Source: Pseudomonadota bacterium (GTDB lineage Bacteria; Myxococcota; JACRCW01; JAFGSX01). Taken from it: a stretch of 64,000 nucleotides of DNA. A model generated the notes under the pieces. The model made no database searches. It had not been told where the DNA came from and worked only from the letters and a program-made list of their open reading frames with translations. The translations under genes and the position numbers were made by a program. This document shows, in pieces, positions 10,324 through 19,785 of this stretch (the stretch's first letter is position 1; each line of letters begins with the position of its first letter). Location: NCBI GenBank assembly GCA_043821645.1, contig JBDRCO010000113.1, forward strand, positions 151,053 through 215,052. The letters run 5' to 3'.

Positions 10324-12044
10324 CGAGGCGGCAGTGTCTTGCCGGCGGCCTGGTACGCGTGAGTCATGCTCCGGACCTGGCCCGTGAGCAGCAGGATGGA
10401 CAGCAGGTTGGGGATGGTCATCAGCCCGAGGGCCACATCGCCAAAAGCCCACACGACCTCGAGAGCAAACACGGCACCGAGGAAGTGCATGCCGCAGAAC
10501 ACCACCCGGTAGGGCAGGACCCAGCGCGGGCCGACGAGGTAGAAGACGGCCCGGTCGCCGTAGTAGCTCCAGCTGATGGCCGTGGACAGGCCGAACAGGA
10601 ACACGGCCAGGGTCACGAGCAGATGCCCCCAGCCGAACCCGAGGCGACTGAGACCCTGCTTGAAGCCCCAGGCGGTCAGGGGCGAACCATTCTGGAGTGC
10701 CAAGCCTTCGACGGCGACCTGGGCCTGCATCCCGCGCCCATCTATGGACGTCCAGCGCGCCCCTGCGAGGTCTCCGGCCTTGACCTCGAGCTTCCCCTCC
10801 AGGGCCTGGCCATCGTCAAGCACCAGCTTCACGTCGTCGATGAGGCCGTGGTTGTAGACGAGGGCGAAACCTTGCGGTACCCCATGCACGACGTCGAACC
10901 GACCCTCCGCCAAGTCCTCGACCCGCAGCACGCCATCGGGCTGTACCCGTGCTCCCGCCACCAGGGCGCGAACAGAAGCCTGGGTAGTGAGGGCGATGCG
11001 CTGGACTTGCTTGCCGTGCCAGACGCCGGTGCACACGATCACCAGCCCGGTCATGGTGCAGATCACGAGCGTGTCGATGAAGGGCCCGAGCAGGGCCACC
11101 ACACCTTCCCGCACGGGCTCGTCGGTACGCGCCGCGGAGTGGGCGATGGGTGCGGAACCCTGCCCTGACTCGTTGCTGAACAGACCCCGCTTGACGCCCC
11201 AGGTGAGCATGAAGACGAAGCCTCCACCGGCAAAGCCGCCGACCTGGGCCGCAGGCTGAAAAGCCGCCGTCACGATCTCGATGATCGCAGGTACAAGGCG
11301 ATCGGCGTGGAGGGCGAGCACGAGCAGGCTCGAGCTCACGTAGAGCGCGGCCATCACCGGCACCAGCTTCGAGGTCACGCGACCGATGCGCCGCACACCG
11401 CCGAGGATCACCGCCGCGACCAGAGACGCCATGACCAGACCTGTGACCCAGGTGGGCAGGTTCAGATCCTGGCGCAGTTGATCCGCGACCGTGAAGGACT
11501 GCACGGCGTTTCCCGAACCAAAGGACGAGATCACGGTGAAGACAGCAAAACCAATGGCCAGCGGTTTGAATCGTGGACCCAGTCCACGCTCGATGCTGTA
11601 CATGGGGCCACCCGCGACGCTGCCGTCGGGGAGCACGCTGCGGTGGCGCAAGGCAAGGGTGCACTCGGTGTACTTGAGTGCCATGCCGAAGACTGCCGTC
11701 ACCCACATCCAGAACAGCGCACCCGGACCCCCGTAGTGAATGGCGGTGGCCACACCTGCGATGTTGCCAATGCCCACCGTCGCCGACAGCGCCGTGGTCA
11801 GAGCCTGAAAATGCGACAGGTCACCCTCATGTGAGGGATCATCGAAGCGCCCACGCACCACCTGCAGGCCGTGGCGAAACAAGCGCACCTGCACCACGGT
11901 CAGGCGGAGCGTCGTCACCAGCCCGGTACCCACCAGCAGCACCACGATGGCAGGCAAGGCCACTGGCCAGCCCCAGACCACATCATTGAGACCGAACACG
12001 AGCGTGCGCACCAGCGCGTGCAGTTGTTCGAGCATCCCCGCCAA
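10314..12044 (-). CDS. Alanine/glycine:cation symporter (AGCS/AlsT family)
   Basis: SATVGIGNIAGVATAI..GGPGALFWMW, GGPMY, RGLFSNESGQGS, WSYYG motifs. Confidence 0.93.
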   Translation of the reverse strand: MAGMLEQLHALVRTLVFGLNDVVWGWPVALPAIVVLLVGTGLVTTLRLTVVQVRLFRHGLQVVRGRFDDPSHEGDLSHFQALTTALSATVGIGNIAGVATAIHYGGPGALFWMWVTAVFGMALKYTECTLALRHRSVLPDGSVAGGPMYSIERGLGPRFKPLAIGFAVFTVISSFGSGNAVQSFTVADQLRQDLNLPTWVTGLVMASLVAAVILGGVRRIGRVTSKLVPVMAALYVSSSLLVLALHADRLVPAIIEIVTAAFQPAAQVGGFAGGGFVFMLTWGVKRGLFSNESGQGSAPIAHSAARTDEPVREGVVALLGPFIDTLVICTMTGLVIVCTGVWHGKQVQRIALTTQASVRALVAGARVQPDGVLRVEDLAEGRFDVVHGVPQGFALVYNHGLIDDVKLVLDDGQALEGKLEVKAGDLAGARWTSIDGRGMQAQVAVEGLALQNGSPLTAWGFKQGLSRLGFGWGHLLVTLAVFLFGLSTAISWSYYGDRAVFYLVGPRWVLPYRVVFCGMHFLGAVFALEVVWAFGDVALGLMTIPNLLSILLLTGQVRSMTHAYQAAGKTLPPRQA

Positions 12045-12050
12045 CCCCTC

Positions 12051-12680
12051 TTAGCCGTGCCCGCCACGACGACGCAGCCACCACTCGGCCAGCCACCAGG
12101 ACCCGAGGCTCCCCATCAGCGCTCCGCACACCACGTCGCTGGGATGATGTTTGAGCTCGATGACGCGCAGGAACATCACCAGCAACATCCCGACCAGTGC
12201 GAGACCTCGCCAGGCAAACGCTGCGCCGGCGCGAACGGCCACTCCAAACCCGACCGCCGCATCCGCCGCGTGCCCCGAGGGAAAGCTGTTGTGCGCGCTG
12301 TCCAGGGCCAGGGGCCTGAACATCCCGTCGTCGGCGAGGGGCCTTGGCCGCCCCACCGCGATCTTGAGCGCTCGAACAAGCACCAGCGCCACCAGCATCT
12401 GGGCCAGCACGTAGGCCGCGACCACCTGCAAGCCCTGGCGATCCCGCCGCGCCAGTGCGCGCGCGGCGACCGCGGCATAGGCCAGGTAGAAGCTCCAGTG
12501 CAGGTGGTGCAGGAGCCAGCGTAGCCCTTCCGGCAATCCCTGGTAGGCGGTGTGCAGCGCCTCACCGTGAACCCGGAGCACAGGGTCGAGGGCAAAGCCC
12601 GCCGTCACGGCCGCCAAACATCCGCCGATCAGCGCCGCGTGGCGTCGAGGCCACCCGGCCTGTTGCCCCTGCGCGGTCAC
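12051..12680 (-). CDS. PAP2 family phosphatase (possibly lipid A or undecaprenyl-phosphate)
   Basis: K..VGRPRP, SFPSGH and R....HH.SDV motifs. GTG start overlaps the upstream stop (GTGA). Confidence 0.88.
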   Translation of the reverse strand: MTAQGQQAGWPRRHAALIGGCLAAVTAGFALDPVLRVHGEALHTAYQGLPEGLRWLLHHLHWSFYLAYAAVAARALARRDRQGLQVVAAYVLAQMLVALVLVRALKIAVGRPRPLADDGMFRPLALDSAHNSFPSGHAADAAVGFGVAVRAGAAFAWRGLALVGMLLVMFLRVIELKHHPSDVVCGALMGSLGSWWLAEWWLRRRGGHG

Positions 12681-13630
12681 GCGGTTCCCGTCTCCTTTTC
12701 GGGCGGGACCTCCGCGGGCGGCGGATTTCTCCAGCGACGGTGCATCCACACCCACTGCTCGGGCCGCGCGCGCACGGCACGCTCGATGCGCGCCGTGAGG
12801 TCCGCGGTCAGGCACAGGGCGTCGACCTCACGTTGCCCCGTGCTGTCCACGGGAACCCGCTCGATGTGAAGCCGATGCCGACCAGGTGCGGTGCGATGCG
12901 CATAGCCAAACCACACGGGGGCGCGGGTGCGCAGGGCCAGGTCCGCGGCCGTGCGTGGCGTCTTGGCCAGCTGCCCGAAGAAGGGCACCCACAGCGAGGG
13001 CACGCTGGTGTCGACGTCGACCAGGATGCCCAGAGCCTCGCCCCGCTTGAACATCCCGAGCATCTCTCGCACCGTCGAGGGATCGCCCCGGTTGAGGGTT
13101 CGCATGCCACCCGAGAGGCGCCAGCGCTTGAGCAACTCGGTCAGGCGAGGATCAAAGGTCGGGCGCGCCACCGAAGCGACACGAAAGCCGCGGTAGGCCA
13201 TGTACTGCGCCATCAGCTCCCAGTTGCCAATATGGCCGGTGATGAAGATCAGACCCCGGCCGGCCGCGTAGTCCGCCGCAAACGCGGCAAGATCCTCGTC
13301 CCGGGCCTCGACCACGGTGTCGAAACGCCGGCGCCAGCGCGCCATCAGCAGCCACTCACCCCCGCTCTCACCGAAGTGCCGGAACACCTGGCGCCCGAGT
13401 TCCCGCGCTTGATCCGCATCGACACCCAGGCGTTCACGAAGCTGCGCCTCGACCTGGCGCCGCGTCGAACCCAGCAGGGATCGTGCAAGCCATCCAAGGC
13501 CGCGACCCAGGGCGAGCACGGCGGCGTCCGGGAGCACCCATGCCCGGCCCTGCAGCGCGCGCACGAGCATCAGCGCCAGGGTGTGGCGCACCCACTTGGC
13601 CGCACGTCTCGTCCAGGGCCGCTCGCTCAT
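12677..13630 (-). CDS. Lipid A biosynthesis acyltransferase (LpxL/HtrB-like)
   Basis: HIGNWE acyltransferase motif, VPFFG, PEQWVWMHRRW C-terminus. Confidence 0.9.
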   Translation of the reverse strand: MSERPWTRRAAKWVRHTLALMLVRALQGRAWVLPDAAVLALGRGLGWLARSLLGSTRRQVEAQLRERLGVDADQARELGRQVFRHFGESGGEWLLMARWRRRFDTVVEARDEDLAAFAADYAAGRGLIFITGHIGNWELMAQYMAYRGFRVASVARPTFDPRLTELLKRWRLSGGMRTLNRGDPSTVREMLGMFKRGEALGILVDVDTSVPSLWVPFFGQLAKTPRTAADLALRTRAPVWFGYAHRTAPGRHRLHIERVPVDSTGQREVDALCLTADLTARIERAVRARPEQWVWMHRRWRNPPPAEVPPEKETGTA

Positions 13631-13697
13631 GATGCGAGGAGGCTACCAGAAAGAGCGCATCGCGGGTCGACAGGTGTGGACGCGTGGACGGCGCTGC

Positions 13698-15809
13698 TCA
13701 AGCCTGCTGCGCCTGTATGGCCGTGATGGCGACGGTGTTGACGATATCCTCGACCAGACAGCCGCGGCTGAGGTCGTTGACCGGCTTGTTGAGCCCCTGC
13801 AGCACAGGTCCCACCGCGATGGCGTGGGCCGAGCGCTGTACCGCCTTGTAGGTGTTGTTACCGGTGTTGAGGTCCGGGAAGATGAACACGGTGGCGCGGC
13901 CGCCAACCAGCGAGTCCGGCAGCTTGGTCTTGGCCACGCTGGCGTCGACGGCGGCGTCGTACTGCAGAGGTCCCTCGAGCACCAGGTCGGGGCGCAGCCG
14001 CTTGGCCAGCTTGACCGCCTCCTTGACCTTGTCGACGTCAGCACCACTGCCCGACTCGCCGGTCGAGTAGGACAGCATGGCCACGATGGGGTCGATACCG
14101 AAGGCCCGCGCCGTGTCCGCACTCTGCACCGCGATCTCGGCCAGCTCCTGGGCGGTCGGATCGGGATTGACCGCGCAGTCGCCGTACACCAGCACGCGAT
14201 CCTCGAGGCACATGAAGAACACGCTGGATACCAGGCTGCAGCCCTTGCGGGTCTTGATCACCTGCAAGCCGGGCCGGATGGTGAGCGCCGTTGAATGCGT
14301 CGCGCCAGCCACCATGCCGTCAGCGCGCCCGGTGTGCACCATCATGGTACCGAACACAGGCCCCTCGACGATGTGCTCGCGCGCTGCTTCCAGGGTCATG
14401 CCCTTGTGCGCCCTGGCCTTCTGGTAGATGCGAGCGAACTCCTCGGCCATGTCACAGTCGAGGGGATCGATGATCTGCGCTCCGTCGAGGTCCACGCCCA
14501 GCTGCCCCGCCTTGTTGCGCACCTCGTCGGGTTTGCCCAGCAACACCAGGTCTGCGGCCTTGAGGCGCAGGATGCCATCCGCGGCCTTGAGGATGCGGTC
14601 CTCCATGCCCTCGGGCAGCACGATGCATTTCTTCTGGCTGCGGGCGCGGCGGATCAGCTCGAACTTGAACCGCGCGGGCGACATCAGCTGCGAGGCGCTG
14701 CCCCGGATGGCCTGGATGAGCGCGTTGCTGTCGACGTAGGTGTCGAACTGCTGCTTGGCGATCTCGAGCTCGCGGATGTTCCCGGGCTCCAGGGTCGACT
14801 TGAGCCGCGTCAGGGCGAGGATGGTCTCGTAGGTGTTCACCGGTGAACGCACGATGGGCACGCGCGGGCCGGGCAGGCCTTGCAACAGGTTCATCACGGG
14901 TACGGACAGATCGCGCTCGCCAGTCAGCACCATGCCGCCAATGTTGGGTGAGGTGGTCGACATCAGGGACACGATGGCCATCAGGATGGCGTCGTGGCGG
15001 TCGATGTGGGTGACCAGCAACACGTTGTTGTCGAGCAGGGGGATCATGGTCTCCACCGAGCCCGAGGCCACGATGGTCTTGCCGATCTTGTTGTGCAGGT
15101 GATTGCGCCCGAACAGCACGTCGCCACCCAGGTGCGCAGCCACCTCGTCCATGCGGGGGGTCGACAGGTTGGGCTCGTGCGGGATCTTGGCGCAGATGTT
15201 GACACCACAGGCCCGGAGCCGGCTCGACACCTTGCCCTCGAGCTGCTCGATGGCGTCGCGGTTTACCTTGTTGATGATCACGCCAATGACGTGGCAACCC
15301 TTCTCTTGAAAGGCGTCGAGACCGACCTTGGCCTTGGAGAAGATGGTGTCAGCGTCGCTGGAACTGCCGTCGACCACCATCAGCACCGGCGCGTTGAGGT
15401 TACGCGCGATCTGAGGATTGAGCTCGGCTTCCATCGACGAGGTCGCGGACAGGAAGTCCGTACCCTCGACCAGCACGAAGCCGCATTTTTCCTCGAGCTT
15501 CTTGCATGCAGCCAGGACGCGCTCGTGCAGCTCGTCCTCGCGACCCGTCGACAGCAGCTCCTCGGCCACCTGGTCGGTGACGCCGTACATCTCGGTGTCC
15601 GCGGCATCCAGCTTGAAGACCTCGTGCATCAGGTGGATGTCGCGATCCACCACCTCGCTGGTGGTGCCGACGGGACGGTAGGGCCGCGCGATGGGCCTGA
15701 AGAACCCGATGTTGCTCACCGTGCGCTCGAGCGCGTTGAGCAGCCCCAGGGACACCAGCACCTTGCCACTGAAGGGTTCGGCAGCACTCACGTACAGCAG
15801 ATTCGCCAT
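13698..15809 (-). CDS. pta: Phosphate acetyltransferase, long form (BioD-like and DRTGG N-terminal domains)
   Basis: IVLPEG, AMLSYSTG.SG, EGPLQYDAA, FPDLNTGNNTYKAVQR, VNDLSRGC. Confidence 0.95.
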   Translation of the reverse strand: MANLLYVSAAEPFSGKVLVSLGLLNALERTVSNIGFFRPIARPYRPVGTTSEVVDRDIHLMHEVFKLDAADTEMYGVTDQVAEELLSTGREDELHERVLAACKKLEEKCGFVLVEGTDFLSATSSMEAELNPQIARNLNAPVLMVVDGSSSDADTIFSKAKVGLDAFQEKGCHVIGVIINKVNRDAIEQLEGKVSSRLRACGVNICAKIPHEPNLSTPRMDEVAAHLGGDVLFGRNHLHNKIGKTIVASGSVETMIPLLDNNVLLVTHIDRHDAILMAIVSLMSTTSPNIGGMVLTGERDLSVPVMNLLQGLPGPRVPIVRSPVNTYETILALTRLKSTLEPGNIRELEIAKQQFDTYVDSNALIQAIRGSASQLMSPARFKFELIRRARSQKKCIVLPEGMEDRILKAADGILRLKAADLVLLGKPDEVRNKAGQLGVDLDGAQIIDPLDCDMAEEFARIYQKARAHKGMTLEAAREHIVEGPVFGTMMVHTGRADGMVAGATHSTALTIRPGLQVIKTRKGCSLVSSVFFMCLEDRVLVYGDCAVNPDPTAQELAEIAVQSADTARAFGIDPIVAMLSYSTGESGSGADVDKVKEAVKLAKRLRPDLVLEGPLQYDAAVDASVAKTKLPDSLVGGRATVFIFPDLNTGNNTYKAVQRSAHAIAVGPVLQGLNKPVNDLSRGCLVEDIVNTVAITAIQAQQA

Positions 15810-15958
15810 CGTCAACCTCGATCTCACCCCGGTTGTTCGGACATCCAGGCGCTTCTTGCAGGCGCCTGGCGTCGACGTCTACGGGACCCCACGCGGCCTG
15901 GCAAGACTCATCCTCGTCGTAAAAACCACGATTGTCGACGCGCGACTGGCCAGGTCGG

Positions 15959-17116
15959 TCAGGGACAGGCGGGAGTCACACACGAACAGCTGGTCGCGGC
16001 TGCGGACCCCGCCACACACCACCAGGCTCCATCGATGCAGGGTGCCGCGGGTCCGTAGCTACTGCAGGCCTGGCCGCCGGCGCCATCGTCCCAGGCCCAC
16101 ACACAGCTCACCGCGGAATCGCAACCGGGGTCGCGGCCTGTGCTGCATGCCTCGCCATAGCCCTCGCAGCGCGCGGCGAAATCGAGACCGCCGGGACATT
16201 GCCAGCGCGTCCCTGTGCACTGCGCAGGGGCGGCGTGCAGATCGCAGCAGTGCTCGCCGCTGGGACCGCTCGCCACCGGCGCGAAGCAATCCGGTGTGAC
16301 GGGGCCACAGGGCCCGGCGGCATCCGGGCTGCCCGCATCTCCAGGCACGCTGGCATCCGCCTGTCCCGCGTCCCCCACGAGCCCGACATCCGATTCATAC
16401 AGGTCGGGCACCCCGGCCTCCGCAGGCCAGGGCGCATCCCCCGCGGCCATATCGAAGGGGGCCACATCCGCCAGGCCCTGGTCCGCGCTCGAGGCGGCGT
16501 CGAGGTCTACCCCCGCATCCAGGCTGGAACTTGCATCTGGCTGCACGCCGGCGTCGATCCGGCCGCGGTCGATCACGCCGGCGTCGGAGTGGCTTCCGCC
16601 ATCCACGGTCGGCGCGCGGCAGGTCACCAGGCCACCGCTTCCGTCGAGGCAGGACTCCCAGGGATCGCAGGCCGGGTAGAGGGCAAAAGTCGAGTTGACG
16701 CAGGCACAGCCGCCTTGCCCCGCGCACCACGGCGGTGGCACGTGGCACTCGGCGCGCATCCCGGACCCCTGGCGCACCAGGCAGATCTCGTCGGCTTGAC
16801 AGAACCAGGTCTCGCCATCGTCCAGCTCGCAACGGGTGGCCGTGGGGTCCGAGCACAGGGCTTCACAGCTCGGGCACTGCTCCCAGCACCCATCCAGGCA
16901 AACCCGTGCCTCACCGTCGCACAGCACCGCGCGCTGGAGCTGGCAGGCGCGCTCCGGGCAGCGGCCACAGCTGGACTGGCAGGAACCCTCGCAACACACG
17001 AGATCTGGACCGCAGGCATGCTCCGCATCGCAGGCCTTGCCTGTCAGGGGCACCTCCGGCGGCAGGCAGGCGGAGACGAACAGCACGGGCAGCAGCACGG
17101 CGCAGCGCAAGGTCAT
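15959..17116 (-). CDS. Cys-rich lipoprotein with Asp-Ala-Gly-rich linker
   Basis: Lipobox VSAC after a hydrophobic stretch; two Cys-rich regions separated by a DAG/DLG low-complexity linker. Confidence 0.7.
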   Translation of the reverse strand: MTLRCAVLLPVLFVSACLPPEVPLTGKACDAEHACGPDLVCCEGSCQSSCGRCPERACQLQRAVLCDGEARVCLDGCWEQCPSCEALCSDPTATRCELDDGETWFCQADEICLVRQGSGMRAECHVPPPWCAGQGGCACVNSTFALYPACDPWESCLDGSGGLVTCRAPTVDGGSHSDAGVIDRGRIDAGVQPDASSSLDAGVDLDAASSADQGLADVAPFDMAAGDAPWPAEAGVPDLYESDVGLVGDAGQADASVPGDAGSPDAAGPCGPVTPDCFAPVASGPSGEHCCDLHAAPAQCTGTRWQCPGGLDFAARCEGYGEACSTGRDPGCDSAVSCVWAWDDGAGGQACSSYGPAAPCIDGAWWCVAGSAAATSCSCVTPACP

Positions 17117-17277
17117 GGCCCGGCCATGATACCGGTCCGGTGGTCCTGCCGTCACCTCAGACTCCTGTGTCCCTGCATGGATGCCGCCCGCGGGCGCAGC
17201 TCTGCCTCAGTTCAAGGACAGGACGCAGGCAGGTCGTGCCTGGTTGAACAAAACGCGTCGAGACCCGGGCCTGCATC

Positions 17278-17313
17278 TGTGCAAGCGCCTGCACACGGTG
17301 CACAGTCATGCAC
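17278..17313. promoter_or_regulatory. Two tandem palindromes TGCA-N6-TGCA; candidate enhancer (UAS) for a sigma54 activator
   Basis: TGTGCA-agcgcc-TGCACA (17278-17295) and GTGCA-cagtca-TGCAC (17298-17313), about 100-130 bp upstream of a -24/-12 element. Confidence 0.55.
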
Positions 17314-17410
17314 ATATCCATGGCACAAATGGCAGGATTCCGATCCCGCACCGTCCCGGCACCCGTCAGATTCCCAAGGAATTAAAGCTATCTTGCGCTC
17401 CCGCCCCCCC

Positions 17411-17426
17411 TGGCCCAGGCCTTGCT
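17411..17426 (+). promoter_or_regulatory. Sigma54 (-24/-12) promoter
   Basis: TGGC-CCAGGCC-TTGCT matches TGGC-N7-TTGCW with exact spacing, 70 bp upstream of the ATG at 17497. Confidence 0.7.
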
Positions 17427-17496
17427 TTGCTTGCTGCTGAACGAAAACAGTGTAAACCAGAGACACAGGCCACAGGGCAGACGCGGGAGGATTCCG

Positions 17497-18885
17497 ATGA
17501 ACAGGCGGTTGCGATGGGGACTGGCGTTTGGAAGCGTGCTCCTGACCTCGGCTTTCAGCGCAGGCTGCAATCCCTGCGAGGACCTCGGCGACGTCTACAT
17601 CTGTGGCACCTTTGGCAACCTGTCCTTTGCCACAGAGCTGGGCTGGGGTGGCCCCTCGGTGCAATGGCCACCGGTGGCCACGGACAGCTCGAGCGTGCTG
17701 CTCAGCAATGGCCAGGAACTGACCGAGGTGGACCCCCAGGGCCTCACCACCCCGGCGCAGTTCTTCGATGGCACGGTGTCCGCGCCCTCCCTGGACTCCG
17801 ATGGCCGTGTGTACCTGGTGCAGGCTGGATGGGCCGACACCCAGGTGGTGGCCTCTGGCCCGCATGGTCCCGACGCCTCGGTGTGGACCCAGCCTGTGGG
17901 CGGCGACATCTCCACCACTCCACCGACCATTGGCAACGGCCAGATTCACGTGGCCCTGACCAGCCCTGATCGCAGCGCCTGGTCCCTGCTCAGCCTCGAT
18001 GCCGACAGTGGTGAGGTGACCACCGAGCGCGACGACACCTCGCCCACCGCGGTCGCCGCCGACGGCTCGCTGCGCTACCTGGTCGAGGCACAGGACTGCG
18101 GCGCCAGTTACAACGGTCTGGTGGCCGAGGATCCCGACGGCAGCATCCGCTGGCGTCACGACGAGCCCATGGGCATCCGCGACTTCGCACCTGGCCCCGA
18201 TGGCGAGACCTACCTCGTCACCGGCGACCGCGTGCTGCGCCGCGTGGGCTCCGACGGCAGCGCCGAGTGGAGCTTCGCGCCCGACTGCGCGGACTGCAAC
18301 GTGGCCGCGGCTCCCACCGTCACCGACGACGCGCTGTACTTCCCGGTGTGGCAGGGCTTCGCCCAGAACGGTGGCTGCAACGAGGAGACCCCGCCCATGG
18401 GGCAGGACAGCCTGGACCCGCTGTATGCCCTGCGCCGCGATGGCAGCCTGATGTGGGTCTACGATGGCTTCGAGACCATGGCCAACCGCCACAACTCGGG
18501 AGACCCCACCGGTGGCCTGCTCATGCTGTCCATGAACAGCAAGGTCCGCCACCACCCCGCTGGCCGGCCCACCATCGCCGACGACGGCACGCTCTTCGTG
18601 GCCTGCGACGGCGCCGTGGTGGCCCTCAGCCCCGAAGGCAAGGAGCTGGGCTACGCCATGTACCAGCCCTCGGCCGGCGAGAACCGCACCAGCAACGGCC
18701 TGCTGCTCAGCTCGACCTTCAACAACGCCGTGTTCACACCCGCCCCGATGCTGGCGCCGAGCGGCTCGCTCTACGTGTGGGACGGCATGATGCTGCGCGG
18801 CTTCGACGTGGGCAAGCCCGCGGCCCGCATTCCCTGGAACGCGCCCTTTGGCGGCTACCGCAACGCCGGCCGCGTGGGCGGCTGA
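17497..18885 (+). CDS. PQQ-like beta-propeller repeat lipoprotein
   Basis: GGGAGG RBS; lipobox SAGC; repeated P.(I/V)..DG..Y and DG...W blade motifs. Confidence 0.78.
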   Translation: MNRRLRWGLAFGSVLLTSAFSAGCNPCEDLGDVYICGTFGNLSFATELGWGGPSVQWPPVATDSSSVLLSNGQELTEVDPQGLTTPAQFFDGTVSAPSLDSDGRVYLVQAGWADTQVVASGPHGPDASVWTQPVGGDISTTPPTIGNGQIHVALTSPDRSAWSLLSLDADSGEVTTERDDTSPTAVAADGSLRYLVEAQDCGASYNGLVAEDPDGSIRWRHDEPMGIRDFAPGPDGETYLVTGDRVLRRVGSDGSAEWSFAPDCADCNVAAAPTVTDDALYFPVWQGFAQNGGCNEETPPMGQDSLDPLYALRRDGSLMWVYDGFETMANRHNSGDPTGGLLMLSMNSKVRHHPAGRPTIADDGTLFVACDGAVVALSPEGKELGYAMYQPSAGENRTSNGLLLSSTFNNAVFTPAPMLAPSGSLYVWDGMMLRGFDVGKPAARIPWNAPFGGYRNAGRVGG

Positions 18886-18980
18886 GCGCTCCCTCGTCGA
18901 GCCTGCGCACGATCCACGACCCCTGTCCTCGTTCACGCTATGCTCGGCCGCGCAGGTCAGGTACCGGCGAGGGTGACCCC

Positions 18981-19694
18981 ATGAGCCTCTCCACACACCG
19001 CTGTGGTCTCCACCTTGGCCTGCTGTGCTGTGCTGCCACGCTGCTGGCCACCCCTTCATTGCGAGCCCAGCACGCCGCCCCCGAGCCATCCAGCAAGGGA
19101 GACCCCGCGGTGGAGGAGAAGGGCTGGTTCGACGGTTTTCTCGACGACGACGGCAATGTGGTGGGCCTGATTACGGCGGGCAGCGGCGTGATCGGCGGTC
19201 TCGGCGTGTGCGCCCTGGTGGCCCTGAGCCCCACCTGTTGCGCCTTGCCGCTCGGCTTTCCCATCGCGGCGATCACCACCGGTGCTGGAGCTGCCGTGGC
19301 CGCGGCGGTGATGAGCGACTGGTCCTGCGGTCAGTTGTGGTTGCCGGCCCTCGCTGGGACCTTTCTCGGCGCCACCACCGGCCTCTTTGCCAGTATCAGC
19401 GGCATCATCGTCTTCACCATGGCCGGTGCGGCCATGGGGGTGAGCACCTTCGATCCCGCCACCGCCACCGCTTCAACCCTGCTCCTCGTGGGCATCGCCG
19501 GGGGCGCCAGCATGGTGGTGGCAGTGCTCGGCTCCGCACTCACCGGCGCCCTGGTGAAGTTCCTGTTCGACCTCACCGTCGACAGGCCGAGCCAGCGCAG
19601 CGACCCGCCACGGCGCCGCTCCCCGAAGCCCCGCAGGTCCAAGCAGTCCCAGATGCCCCGTAGCCCGAGCACGGGACACGCCGTGGCCTACTAG
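18981..19694 (+). CDS. Hypothetical membrane protein with signal peptide
   Basis: Signal-like N-terminus, about four Gly/Ala-rich TM segments, basic tail; GC3-biased codons. Confidence 0.6.
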   Translation: MSLSTHRCGLHLGLLCCAATLLATPSLRAQHAAPEPSSKGDPAVEEKGWFDGFLDDDGNVVGLITAGSGVIGGLGVCALVALSPTCCALPLGFPIAAITTGAGAAVAAAVMSDWSCGQLWLPALAGTFLGATTGLFASISGIIVFTMAGAAMGVSTFDPATATASTLLLVGIAGGASMVVAVLGSALTGALVKFLFDLTVDRPSQRSDPPRRRSPKPRRSKQSQMPRSPSTGHAVAY

Positions 19695-19785
19695 GACCCC
19701 CCACCCCAGTGCGGCCGGAGAGGCAGACAGACCCTTGCCAGGTCGGGCATAATGCGCCCGGGTCCGTACTCCGGGGAGGTCCACC

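Noticed and set aside
13698-15809. pta without an adjacent ackA
   Set aside because: Unlinked ackA is common; not informative.
18267-18980. Long N-terminal extension of ORF 18267-19694 (similarly for 30334-33123, 38659-41319, 23288-24382, 51004-53322)
   Set aside because: These overlap neighbouring real genes in other frames; downstream starts with an RBS or signal peptide fit better.
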